A DNA stretch of 64,000 bases from Candidatus Limnocylindrales bacterium (GTDB lineage: Bacteria > Chloroflexota > Limnocylindria > Limnocylindrales > CSP1-4), in assembly GCA_036002525.1 (NCBI GenBank), contig DASYTG010000039.1:81298-145297 (forward strand). Direction: 5' to 3'. This document shows positions 26,441-35,865 of this stretch, piece by piece. Positions within the stretch are counted from its first letter, which is position 1. Each line of letters begins with the position of its first letter. Below the pieces are notes generated by a model that saw nothing but the letters and a program-made list of their open reading frames with translations, did not search any database and had not been told where the DNA came from. The translations under genes were made by a program, and so were the position numbers.

Positions 26441-26479
26441 AACGACGGCGCCCGCCATCCTCCGGCGGGCGTCGTCGTT
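26441..26479. terminator. 16-bp stem / 7-nt loop hairpin between convergent genes
   Basis: AACGACGGCGCCCGCC-ATCCTCC-GGCGGGCGTCGTCGTT (one G-U pair). It lies 22 nt after the small ORF stop and 17 nt from the mobA stop. Confidence 0.55.
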
Positions 26480-26495
26480 TCAGCGTTCCGGCGAG

Positions 26496-27119
26496 TCAGG
26501 TCGCGAGGTCGTCCGGCAGGTCGATGTCCCTCAGGGTCGCGGCGGCCGGGTCGAGCGCCCGCCACTCCCCCTCGCGAAGCTCGCGCGTTCGAAGCGCGCG
26601 GAGGAAGGCGTGGAGGCTCCGCTCGCCCTCCCCGAGCAGCCGGCGGGCCGCGATCGTCGCGGCGCCGACGCGGAACGCGGCCGGCAGCTGCTGACGGCGG
26701 CCGCGGAACTCGAGCACGGCCGCCTCGACGTCCTCGGACGCCTCGAGCGCCCGCAGAAGCGCTGCGAGGACAGGGCCGGCGAGTCCCGGCATGTCGCCCC
26801 CGGCGAGCAGGGCGAACGGCTCCCGGGCCCGCTCGAGGCCGGCCAGAACGGCGACGAGTGGACCGCCGAACGGCTCCGGGTCGCGGGCAAGGCGAACGGG
26901 GATGCGGCCGTCACCGACGGTTCGCGGCAACGCGGGCGGATCGCCGACAGGTGGAAGCAGCACGATGACCTCGCGGACGACCAGGCCGATCGCCGTGACG
27001 GCGTGGGCAAGGAGGGGCCGGCCGCCGAGCGGCTCGGCGAGCTTGTTTCGCCCGAACCGGGACGACCGCCCGCCGGCGAGGACGAGCCCCGAGGCGGCCG
27101 GGACCGACGGGCCGGTCAT
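26496..27119 (-). CDS. mobA: molybdenum cofactor guanylyltransferase
   Basis: GLVLAGGRSSRFGRNKL, FGGPLVAVLAGL, LLAGGDMPGL. ATG 27119 overlaps the selB stop (ATGA). Confidence 0.85.
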   Translation of the reverse strand: MTGPSVPAASGLVLAGGRSSRFGRNKLAEPLGGRPLLAHAVTAIGLVVREVIVLLPPVGDPPALPRTVGDGRIPVRLARDPEPFGGPLVAVLAGLERAREPFALLAGGDMPGLAGPVLAALLRALEASEDVEAAVLEFRGRRQQLPAAFRVGAATIAARRLLGEGERSLHAFLRALRTRELREGEWRALDPAAATLRDIDLPDDLAT

Positions 27120-29020
27120 CGGACGACGGCGTTCTCCGGCGCCTTCGTCGTCCCATCTGCGGCCCGCTCCGACGCGAGCGGGGCGCGCGGGCCCGGCAGG
27201 TGACCGTCGGGCGTCCGGCGGAGCCATCCCCGCCGGTCGAGGTCCTCGAGAATCGCCATCACGTACTTCCGGCTCGTCCCGGTGGCGTCGCGGAACGCGG
27301 CCGGGGTAAGCGGGTCGCGGCCCGCCATGTCGAGCGCGATCGAGGCGAGGCGGGCATACGTCCTCGTCGACCAGGCGAGGTCGGAGCCGACGCGGACGAT
27401 ACGGCCGGTTGCCTCGAGCGCGCGCAGGCCATCGTGGGTGCAGCCGGCCGCGCGGGCGGCGTCGGTGAGGGGCGGCGGCGCCGGCACGTCGAGGGCGGCC
27501 TCGAGCCGGTCCATCGCGGCGAGCGCGGCCGGCGAGGGCCCCGCGGGCACGTGCCGGGGGTCGCGGACGCGGTCCCCGTCCCGGACGAGCGACGCGTCGT
27601 CGACGAGCGCATCGACGGCGGAGCCGGCGGCGGCGAGCACCTCGTCCGGCGAGAGGCTGACGCGGCGCCTGAGCTCCGCGGCAAGGGCGGTCCGAAGCTC
27701 GGCGAGGCTCGGCCCGGGCTCCGCCGGCGAAGCGGCATGCCGGTCGGCGACGATCCTCAGGGCCAGAGCGGAGAGCGCGCCCGCGACGTCGGGAGCGAGG
27801 CGGACGGTGCTTCCGCCGTGGACGTTCCTCGCCCCGTGGAGCTCGAGCAGGGTCGTCTCGCGCTCGGCGGTCCCGGCTGCTGCGAGGGCGGCAAGCCGCT
27901 CAGGCGTCAGCCGTCGTCGCGGGACGCCGGTTGGCGGCGACGCGTCCAGGACGCGACCGCCGGCTTCCGTGCCGCCCGGCGAGGGACGGCGGAGGACGAA
28001 CCTGTCGCCGTCGGCGACGGCGACCGGCCGCTCGAGCCGGAGGATCGCGGTCACCTCCCCGTCGGCGAGCGCGATCGACTCCCGCCCGCCGCGTCCGACG
28101 ACGGCGTCGACCTGGTCCGTCCCGAGATGCAGCCGGACGCGGGCCCGGTCGCCCGGCACGGGCCTCCGGCTGCCCTCGCCGGCCGCCGGCGGCCGGAGCG
28201 CCACGAGCAGCCGGTCGCTGACCTGGACCACCCCGTCGGCCGCGAGGACCATCCCGCGCCGGAGCGCGGAGACGTCGATCCCGGCGAGGTTCACCGCCAC
28301 CCGGCCCGGGCCGGCGGATTCGACGTCGCGGCCGTGGACCTGCACCTCGCGGGCCCGGGCCGCCCGGCCGTCCGGCCAGAGCCGGAGTGTCATCCCTCGC
28401 GCGATGGAGCCGCCGCGGAGCGACCCGGTCACGACCGCCCCGCGGCCGCGAATCGAGAAGGCGCGATCGACCCCGAGGCGCGGGCCGCCGCCCTCCCGGG
28501 CCGCCGCCGACGCGCGGTCGCGGAGGTCGAGGAGGGCCGCCCGAACCTCGTCGATCCCCTCCCCGCTCGTGGCCGAGGCCGCGAGCACCGGAGAGTCGGC
28601 GAGAGACGTCCGGGCCACCAGGCCGGACACCGCCTCGATCACCGCCTCGACCCGGCCCCGGTCGACGAGATCGGCCTTCGTCACGACCGCGACCACATCG
28701 CCGATCCCGATCGCGTCGAGGAGCTCGAGGTGCTCGACCGTCTGCGCCCGTGGCCCGTCGTCCGCGGCGACGACGAGCATCGCCGCGTCGATCTCCCCCG
28801 CGCCAACCAGCATGTTGCCGACGAGCCGGTCGTGGCCGGGGACATCGACGAAGTCGAGCTCGGTTCCGTCCGGAAGCGCCAGATGGGCGTACCCTACGTC
28901 GATCGTCATCCCCCGCCGCCGCTCCTCCGGGAGCCGGTCGGCGTCGATCCCGGTCAGGGCGCGGAGCAGCGTCGTCTTCCCGTGGTCGATGTGGCCGGCC
29001 GTCCCGATGACGACGGTCAC
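27116..29020 (-). CDS. selB: selenocysteine-specific translation elongation factor
   Basis: VTVVIGTAGHIDHGKTTLLRALTG, DVPGHDRLV, TKADL, C-terminal winged-helix region ending TSRKYVMAILEDLDRRGWLRR. GTG 29020 overlaps the selA stop (GTGA). Confidence 0.92.
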   Translation of the reverse strand: MTVVIGTAGHIDHGKTTLLRALTGIDADRLPEERRRGMTIDVGYAHLALPDGTELDFVDVPGHDRLVGNMLVGAGEIDAAMLVVAADDGPRAQTVEHLELLDAIGIGDVVAVVTKADLVDRGRVEAVIEAVSGLVARTSLADSPVLAASATSGEGIDEVRAALLDLRDRASAAAREGGGPRLGVDRAFSIRGRGAVVTGSLRGGSIARGMTLRLWPDGRAARAREVQVHGRDVESAGPGRVAVNLAGIDVSALRRGMVLAADGVVQVSDRLLVALRPPAAGEGSRRPVPGDRARVRLHLGTDQVDAVVGRGGRESIALADGEVTAILRLERPVAVADGDRFVLRRPSPGGTEAGGRVLDASPPTGVPRRRLTPERLAALAAAGTAERETTLLELHGARNVHGGSTVRLAPDVAGALSALALRIVADRHAASPAEPGPSLAELRTALAAELRRRVSLSPDEVLAAAGSAVDALVDDASLVRDGDRVRDPRHVPAGPSPAALAAMDRLEAALDVPAPPPLTDAARAAGCTHDGLRALEATGRIVRVGSDLAWSTRTYARLASIALDMAGRDPLTPAAFRDATGTSRKYVMAILEDLDRRGWLRRTPDGHLPGPRAPLASERAADGTTKAPENAVVR

Positions 29021-30411
29021 CGGGCGAGCTCGAGGGCGCGGCCGAGGGCGGAGGCGAGGCGTTCGTCGTCGGCCGGATCCACGGTCCGCAGGTCGAGGAG
29101 GACCGCGTCGCCCTGGACGTGAGCCACGACCGGTGGGTCGCCTGTCCGGAGGCGATCGAGGAGCGGATCGGGCGGACGGCCCTCGACGGCGAGGCCGAAC
29201 GACGGGATCGTCTCGCCCGGGAGCGACCCCCCGCCGAGAGCCGACGAGAGAGCCGCAACACGGACGCCGACCCGGGCCGTCCGGGCCGGAAGCGCGGCGA
29301 CGATCGCGGCAGCCCGCTTCTTCAGCGCGATCGGCGGCGTGCTCAGCATCCGCCAGACGGGGATGTCCGTCGCGGCCCGCCCGGCCCGGTAAAGGCCCAG
29401 CGTCGCCGCCAGCGCGGCGAGCGTGACCTTGTCCGGCCGCGTCGCCCGGGCGAGCGGATCCTTCCTGATCCGGGCGACGAGCTCGGCCCGGCCGACGATG
29501 AGCCCGGCCTGCGGCCCGCCGAGCAGCTTGTCGCCGCTGAACGTGACGAGATCCGATTCTGCGGCGAGGCTCTCTCGCGGGGTCGGCTCGTGGGCCAAGC
29601 CGTGGTCGGCGGTGTCGACGAGCGCGCCGCTGCCCAGGTCGTCGACGACGAGGGCCCCGTGAGAATGGGCGAGCTCGGCCAGGGCCCGCGGCTCGGGTGC
29701 CTCGACGAACCCGGTCTGGCGGAAATTCGACGGGTGGACCCGCAGGACGAGGACCGCCTCGCCCGATTCGAGCGGCCCGCGGTAGTCGTCGACCCTGGTC
29801 TTGTTTGTCGTGCCTACCTCGACGAGCCGTGCTCCTGCGCGGCTGACGATCTCCGGGATCCGCACTCCGCCACCGATCTCGACCAGCTCCCCGCGGGAGA
29901 CGACGACACCTCCCCCTCCCGACAGCCCGACGGCGAGAGCCACCGCCGCGGCGTTGTTGTTCGTGATGACGGCATCCTCGGCGCCGGTGAGCGCCAGGAG
30001 ATGCTCCTCGGCCGCGCGGAAGCGGGCGCCGCGCCGGCCAGTGGCACGGTCGAACTCGAGCATCGAGTAGCCGGCCGCGGCCGCGGTGGCCGCCTCGATC
30101 GCGGCACGCGGCCAGGGCGCCCGACCGAGGTTCGTGTGGAGGATGACGCCCGACGCGTTGATCGTCGGGACGAGACCGGCCCCGAGTGGATCGGCGAGGG
30201 CGTCGAGACGGGCGACGAGCTCGGCGGCAAGCTCCACGGCCTCCCTCGGGACGGCCTCCGGTTCGGCGGCAAGGCGGCCCCGCTCCTCCGCCACGATCCG
30301 ACGGGCGACATCGGCGATGGCCTCGCGGTCCCAGCCGGCATCGAGCCGCGGCCGGGCCCCGGCGAGCACCCGCTCGACGCTTGGTGGCCGGGACTGGCCT
30401 ACGGACGTCAT
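29017..30411 (-). CDS. selA: L-seryl-tRNA(Sec) selenium transferase
   Basis: PSVERVL, INASGVILHTNLGRAP, YSMLEFD, VITNNNAAAV, SRGELVEIGGGVRIPE, FSGDKLLGGPQAG (PLP lysine). ATG 30411. Confidence 0.92.
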   Translation of the reverse strand: MTSVGQSRPPSVERVLAGARPRLDAGWDREAIADVARRIVAEERGRLAAEPEAVPREAVELAAELVARLDALADPLGAGLVPTINASGVILHTNLGRAPWPRAAIEAATAAAAGYSMLEFDRATGRRGARFRAAEEHLLALTGAEDAVITNNNAAAVALAVGLSGGGGVVVSRGELVEIGGGVRIPEIVSRAGARLVEVGTTNKTRVDDYRGPLESGEAVLVLRVHPSNFRQTGFVEAPEPRALAELAHSHGALVVDDLGSGALVDTADHGLAHEPTPRESLAAESDLVTFSGDKLLGGPQAGLIVGRAELVARIRKDPLARATRPDKVTLAALAATLGLYRAGRAATDIPVWRMLSTPPIALKKRAAAIVAALPARTARVGVRVAALSSALGGGSLPGETIPSFGLAVEGRPPDPLLDRLRTGDPPVVAHVQGDAVLLDLRTVDPADDERLASALGRALELAR

Positions 30412-30426
30412 CGAACGTGGTCCTCC

Positions 30427-30523
30427 TGGCGGGAGCGCATGGGAGTCGAACCCACCGCGCCGCGCCGAACGCCGCGCCACCGGTTTTGAAGACCAGGGGG
30501 CCCACCGGGACCCAACCGCTCCC
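30427..30523 (-). tRNA. selC: tRNA-Sec (anticodon UCA), 97 nt, encoded CCA
   Basis: Reverse complement: GGGAGCGG-UU-GGGUCC-CGGU-GGGCCC-C-CUGGU-CUUCAAA-ACCGG-[long variable arm GGCGCGGCGUUCGGCGCGGCGC]-GGUGGG-UUCGACU-CCCAU-GCGCUCCC-G-CCA. The D-loop CGGU, 6-bp D-stem and anticodon loop CUUCAAA match E. coli selC as recalled. Confidence 0.9.
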
Positions 30524-30616
30524 GATGCGATGGTAGCGCGGGTCGGGCGCGCCCCCGCGCCAGCGCCGGTTGCACGGCATGGGAACCGCCGGACGGCGCC
30601 GTCCGTCGTTCGGCCC

Positions 30617-31000
30617 ATGACGACTCGACGCCTCCTCGCGACGGTCGCCCTGGCGGCAGTCTTCGCCGGCTGCGCGTCCACCGCGCCGTCTGTCGCGCCG
30701 CCAACCGGATCGCCTCGGGTGACCTCGTTCGAGCAGCTGGTCGCCGACCAACAGGCGTTCGACGGCCGGCAGATCACGGTCATGGGTTCGCTCGTCGAGA
30801 TCGGCGGGACGCCGATCCTCTGCGCCGCGCTGGCCGAGGTGTTCCCGGACGGATGCTCCGACGCGCGGCTCGTGCTCGTCGGGCCGGTTCCCGCCGAGCT
30901 GATGGGCCAGACCGTCACGGTGACCGGGATCTTCCGGGCCGAGCGCGGGCCGGCGGCGATGCAGTTCGTGGTCCACGAGATGCACCCGACCGGCGGGTGA
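30617..31000 (+). CDS. small lipoprotein (hypothetical), directly upstream of selD
   Basis: MTTRRLLATVALAAVFAGCAS is a signal peptide with lipobox (FAGC). The mature part has two further Cys (ILCAAL, DGCSD). ATG 30617 lies in ORF 30086-31000. Confidence 0.6.
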   Translation: MTTRRLLATVALAAVFAGCASTAPSVAPPTGSPRVTSFEQLVADQQAFDGRQITVMGSLVEIGGTPILCAALAEVFPDGCSDARLVLVGPVPAELMGQTVTVTGIFRAERGPAAMQFVVHEMHPTGG

Positions 31001-31052
31001 TCGTCGCCGACGGATCGCCGGCCGGGACCTGGACCAGACGTATCATCGGCTC

Positions 31053-32120
31053 GTGGCCATCAGCGAACGCCGCCCGGGAATCCGCCTGACCGAGCTGACC
31101 GACTGCGGCGGCTGCGCCGCGAAGCTCGGGGCGGACCTCCTCGCCGAGGCGTTGACAGGCCTCGGGGCGGAGGTCACGCCGGCCGAGCTCATCGCCGGGC
31201 TGGCCCCGCCGGACGACGGCGCCGCGTACCTCGTCTCGCCGGATCTCGCGATCATCGGCACGCTCGACTTCTTTCCGCCGCTCGTCGACGACCCCCGGCT
31301 GTACGGCGAGATCGCGGCCGCGAACGCGCTGAGCGACGTCTTCGCGATGGGCGGCCGCGTCCTCTTCGCGCTGTCGATCGCCGCGTTCCCGGAGGATCTC
31401 CCGCGGGACTCATTCGCGGCTGTCCTCGAGGGAGCGTCCGCGAAGGTGCGCGAGGCCGGCGGCACGCTCGCCGGCGGCCACACGATCCGCGACGCCGAGC
31501 CGAAGTACGGGCTGGCCGTGATCGGGGCGGCGCACCCGGATCGGCTCCTCCGGAAGGGCGGTGCCCGCGCCGGCGACACGCTGCTCCTGACGAAGCGGCT
31601 CGGGACCGGGCTGCTCGTCAGCGGGCATCGCCAGGGCCGGACGCCAGAGGCGGACTTCGTCGCGGCCACGGACCAGATGCGGACGCTGAACCGGGCCGCC
31701 TCGGAGGTCCTCGTCGCCCACGGCGTCCGCGGCGCGACCGACGTGACGGGCTTCGGCCTGCTCGGTCACGGGCTCGAGATGGCCCGCGCGTCCGGGACCC
31801 GGTTCGCCTTCGATGCGTCGGCCCTTCCCGCGCTCGCCGGAGCCCTCGAACTTGCCGCGGCCGGCGTCGAGACCGGCGGTGCGGCGCACAACCGGCGGTT
31901 CGTCGCGGGATCGCTCGACGTGGCGCCGGGCGTGCCTGAGGACCTCGTCGCCCTGGCCAACGACCCGCAGACCTCGGGCGGTCTCCTCGCGGCCGTCGCT
32001 CCGGACGAGCTCGAGGCGGTCGAGCGGGCGCTCGACGGCGCCGGCGTCGAGCACTGGAGGGTCGGCCGGGTCGAGACGATCCGGGCCGGCGGCCCGGCGC
32101 TGACCCTCGCCCTCGGCTGA
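31053..32120 (+). CDS. selD: selenide, water dikinase (selenophosphate synthetase), Cys-type
   Basis: LTELTDCGGCAAKLG (active-site Cys, not Sec), DDGAAY, DFFPPLVDDP, ANALSDVFAMGG, GGHTI, ATDVTGFGLLGH. GTG 31053. Confidence 0.92.
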   Translation: MAISERRPGIRLTELTDCGGCAAKLGADLLAEALTGLGAEVTPAELIAGLAPPDDGAAYLVSPDLAIIGTLDFFPPLVDDPRLYGEIAAANALSDVFAMGGRVLFALSIAAFPEDLPRDSFAAVLEGASAKVREAGGTLAGGHTIRDAEPKYGLAVIGAAHPDRLLRKGGARAGDTLLLTKRLGTGLLVSGHRQGRTPEADFVAATDQMRTLNRAASEVLVAHGVRGATDVTGFGLLGHGLEMARASGTRFAFDASALPALAGALELAAAGVETGGAAHNRRFVAGSLDVAPGVPEDLVALANDPQTSGGLLAAVAPDELEAVERALDGAGVEHWRVGRVETIRAGGPALTLALG

Positions 32121-32123
32121 GGG

Positions 32124-32636
32124 TCAGCGGACCCGGGCGAAGGCTCCGAACAGCGCGGCGAGGATGTACACGCTTGCCCCGAGGGACGCGCTGGCGAGGT
32201 ATGCGTCCAGTCCGAGGTAGGGTCCCTCGCCCACCTGTCGGAAGAGGACGGCGTACTGGATGAGCCCGGCCAGCAGGACCCCGCCGACGATCCCGCCGAC
32301 GACGAGCAGCCGCATGATCGGACCCCGCTTGTAGCCGGTCGCCCGGAGGACCGCCTCGCCGATCAGGCCGCCGATCACCGGCCCGATGCAGAGCGAGAAT
32401 AAGAACCCGATCTGGAGCCCCACCAGCCCGGCCAGCGTCCCCGCCCCGACCGCGGCGGCGGCCCCGACGCCCAGCTCGGCCGGGGCGAAGGCCGTCAGCG
32501 GGTCGCGCGGCGGGGTGCCGCACTGCCGGCACCGCAGGCCGACCGGCCCCTGCATTGCGCAGCCCGTGCAGATCGGCTGGTCGCAGCGACCGCACCGGAC
32601 GAACGTCTCGCGGGCCGGATGCCGGTAGCAGAACAT
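32124..32636 (-). CDS. zinc-ribbon (B-box-like) membrane protein, hypothetical
   Basis: MFCYRHPARETFVRCGRCDQPICTGCAMQGPVGLRCRQCG, then 3-4 TM segments. ATG 32636 lies in frame in the composite ORF 32124-33734. Confidence 0.6.
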   Translation of the reverse strand: MFCYRHPARETFVRCGRCDQPICTGCAMQGPVGLRCRQCGTPPRDPLTAFAPAELGVGAAAAVGAGTLAGLVGLQIGFLFSLCIGPVIGGLIGEAVLRATGYKRGPIMRLLVVGGIVGGVLLAGLIQYAVLFRQVGEGPYLGLDAYLASASLGASVYILAALFGAFARVR

Positions 32637-32758
32637 GGCCTGGGGGTCGGCAGCGGTCACGGGCAGGACTGTGCCGCCAGGATCGGGGAGCGTCCATAGC
32701 CCGACCGGCCTACCCGCACCGGACGCCGGGGGAGAGCGCGAGCTCGGGCGAGAGGCGG

Positions 32759-33734
32759 CTAGCCGGACGCCGGCCGGGGCTCGATTTCGGCCGGAATCGA
32801 GGCCGCCTCCGGCGGCTGGCAGACGGGAGCCTTCGCGGGCCGCGGCGTGAGGAAGACGGCCACATAGGTGCCGAAGAGGACCATGGCACCTCCCAGGATG
32901 AACGCCGGCGTGATCCGCTCGCCGAGAACGACGGCCGCCGCGACGACGGTCCAGAGCGGCATGAGGAGCAGGACATACGACGTGGCCGACGCGGTCCAGC
33001 GGGCGAGGACGAAGAGGGAAGGCGAGGAACAGCGCGACGGAGCCGACGCTCGCCAGGTAGAGCAGGGAGATCCACGTTTCGCGCAGGACGGGGACCGCCC
33101 ATCGCTCGCCGAGGGCCAGGGAGAGCGGAGCGAGAACGAGCGTCCCGATGGCCATCCCGATGGCGTTGGCCGGGATCGGGTGGCCGGGCGGGATGCGCTT
33201 GGCGACCACGCTCGTTGCCGCGATCGCAACGGCTCCGCCCAGGAAGAGGAGAAGCGACGCGAGCGGCACTTCGGCGGAGAGCTGGTCGCCGAAGACGACC
33301 GCGATCCCGCCTGCCGCCAGGACCGAGCCGGCCAGCCCCTGCCAGCGGAACGACTCCATCCCGAGGCCGACCGCGAGGAGCATGGTCAGGAGTGGCGCGA
33401 GGGCGATCACCAGCTGCGCGACGCCCGCCCCGCCGTTGACCAGCCCGATGTAGGCGAACGCGTACGTCGCGGCGAACCCCAGCAGGCCGTAGAGAATCGC
33501 GCCGATCAGCGCGCGGCCCCGTGGCAGCGGCGGCCGGACGAGGGCGGCCAGCGCGACAAGGATCAGCGTCGCGAGCCCGAACCGGAGAGTCGCGCTCCAG
33601 ATGGGCGGCAGCTCACCGAGTCCGATCCTGATCGCCACGCCGTTGGAGCCGCCGAGGGCGATCGTTGCGAGGAAGACCGCCGCGACCGTTCGATCCGGAG
33701 TCGCAGAGCGGGCCGTCGCAGAGCGGGCCGTCAC
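32759..33734 (-). pseudogene. EamA/DMT transporter interrupted by a +1 frameshift near 33016-33018
   Basis: The N-terminal ~235 aa (frame of ORF 32124-33734) end at ...YLASVGSVALFLAF. The C-terminal EamA half (LFVLARWTASATSYVLLLMPLWTVVAAAVVLGERITP...) continues in the frame of ORF 32759-33229. Deleting one C from the TTCCCTC run restores AFLFVLARW. Confidence 0.7.
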
Positions 33735-33811
33735 CGCCGCACTATAGGCGCCGAGCTCATCGCCGAACAGGGATTAGACTCTTTCGGTCGTCGTTCCGCA
33801 GGAGGCACCCG

Positions 33812-35725
33812 GTGCCGAAGAGCTACGTTCGACTGACCCGGCCCCTCGTCCGAGACTCGAAGGGCGGCGATCTCCGCCCGGCGACCTGGGACGAGGCGCT
33901 CACCCGCACCGTCGCCGGCTTCGAGGCGGCCCGCACCGCCCACGGAGACCGGACGTTCGGCGTCTTCAGCTGCTCGAAGGCGACCAACGAGGTCAACTTC
34001 GCGGCGCAGAAGTTCTCGCGGGTCGTGCTGGGCAGCAACAACATCGACAGCTGCAACCGCACCTGACACGCCCCGAGTGTCGCCGGTCTGGCGACCGTGT
34101 TCGGTGCCGGTGGCGGCACAAGCTCCTACCGTGAGGCCGAGGAGACGGACCTGATCGTCCTGTGGGGTAGCAATGCCCGCGAGACGCATCCGATCTTCTT
34201 CCACCACCTCCTCCGCGGCGTCCGCAACGGCGCCCGGCTCTACGCGATCGATCCGCGCCGGACCTCGAGCGCGGAGTGGGCCGACGCCTGGCTCGGGCTC
34301 GACGTCGGGAGCGACATCGCGCTGGCCAATGCCGTCGCCCGCGAGATCATCGCGGCGGGTCTCGAGAACCGCGAGTTCATCGACAGGGCGACCTCCGACT
34401 TCGAGGCGTACAGGGCCGGCGTCGAGCCGTACACGCTCGAGTACGCCGAGCGCGAGACCGGCGTCCCGGCCGAGGCGATCCGCGAGCTCGCCCACGCGTT
34501 TGCGAAGGCCGACCGGGCGATGATCTGCTGGACCCTCGGGATCACCGAGCACCACAACGCGGTCGACAACGTCCTCGCGCTCATCAACCTCGTGCTGCTG
34601 ACCGGGCACGTCGGGCGGTACGGGAGCGGCGTCAACCCGCTGCGCGGCCAGAACAACGTCCAGGGCGGCGGCGACATGGGCGCCCTGCCGGACCGGCTGC
34701 CCGGCTTCCAGCACGTCGAGAACGACGAGCTCCGCGCGAAGTTCGACCGGGCGTGGGGCGTGACGATCCCGCCGAAGCGGGGCTGGCACCTGTCCGGGAT
34801 GTTCGACGCGATGGAGCGGGGCGAGCTCACCGCGGTCTACTGCATCGGCGAGAACCCGCTCCAGTCCGAGGCCGACCAGCACCGCGCCCGCCGGCTGCTC
34901 GAGGGCCTCGACTTCCTGGTCGTCCAGGACCTGTTCCGGACCGCGACGGCGGACCTCGCCGACGTCGTCCTGCCGGCCGCCGCCGCGTGGGCCGAAAGCG
35001 AGGGCACGGTCACGAACTCCGAGCGGCGGGTCCAGCGGGTCCGCAAGGCGCTCGAGCCGCCGGGCGAGGCGCGCGACGACCTCGCGATCATCTCCGACCT
35101 CGCCCGGCGGATGGGCTGCGACTGGGGCGAGCCGACGGCGGAGCAGACGTGGGACGAGCTTCGCTCGCTGTCGCCCGTCCATGCCGGGATGAGCTATCGG
35201 CGGCTCGAGGAGCTCGGCGGGATCCAGTGGCCGTGCTACGACGAGAGCCACCCGGGCGAGCTGTTCCTCCACTCGCGGCTGTGGGAGGACCCGGTGCCCG
35301 GCAACCGGGCGCCGTTCTCGCCGGTCGAGCACGACCCGCCGGTCGACAAGCTCGACGCGGACTTCCCGATCCGGCTGACCACCGGCCGCCGTCTCGATTC
35401 CTACAACACCGGCGTCCAGTCGGCCGGCTACACCTCGCCGCTCCGGCGGGGCGAGTCGCTCGACGTCTCGCCGGAGGACGCGGCGACCTACGGCCTCGCT
35501 GCGGGAGAGGTCGTCCGCGTCGTGTCGCGCCGTGGCCAGGTCGAGGTGCCGGTCAGACTCGACCCGTCGCTCCGGCCCGGGCTGACGTTCATGACGCTCC
35601 ACTTCCAGGACGACGTCGCGACGAACCTCCTGACGATCGACGCGACGGACCCGAAGTCCGGGACGGCCGAGTTCAAGGCGACGGCGATCCGGATCGAGAA
35701 GCTGGCCGAGCCGGTTCGCGCCTGA
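33812..35725 (+). CDS. fdhA: formate dehydrogenase alpha subunit, catalytic Mo-bisPGD module; selenoprotein (UGA 34064-34066 = Sec); lacks its own Fe-S N-terminus
   Basis: AGGAGG (33800-33805), 6 nt, then GTG 33812. ORFs 33665-34066 and 34097-35725 are in the same frame. NIDSCNRT-TGA-HAPSVAGL aligns with FdhF CARV-U-HGPSVAGL. Also NPLRGQNNVQGGGDMGALP and C-terminal TAEFKATAIRIEK. Confidence 0.9.
34073..34104 (+). promoter_or_regulatory. bacterial SECIS hairpin
   Basis: CCGA-G-UGUCGCC-GGUCU-GGCGAC-CGUGU-UCGG. The 6-bp GC-rich upper stem is capped by GGUCU, with the apical GGUC at nt 22-25 after the U of UGA. This is the same register as the E. coli fdhF SECIS as recalled. Confidence 0.65.
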
Positions 35726-35865
35726 GGCGGCGCCCGCGCCTCGCGAGCCGGTGGGCGGGTCAACTATCGGACGAAGGCGCCGATCGCCCTGCCCCCCGAC
35801 CCGTTGGGGCTTCCTCCACACGATGCGCGACCCGCCCAGCGGTTCGTCAGTCGCTCGCGGCATCA

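Noticed and set aside
27116-30985. Single 1289-aa protein as listed in the ORF track
   Set aside because: Only the last 634 codons (from GTG 29020) are SelB. The upstream part reads through selA and tRNA-Sec in a different frame from selA and has a junk-like composition.
31053-32120. Selenocysteine-containing SelD
   Set aside because: The active-site loop reads CGGCAAK, with Cys codons and no in-frame TGA, so this is the Cys form.
32124-33734. Single 536-aa protein
   Set aside because: It is a composite. It joins the EamA N-half, ~130 codons of out-of-frame read-through, and then a separate zinc-ribbon membrane protein with its own ATG at 32636.
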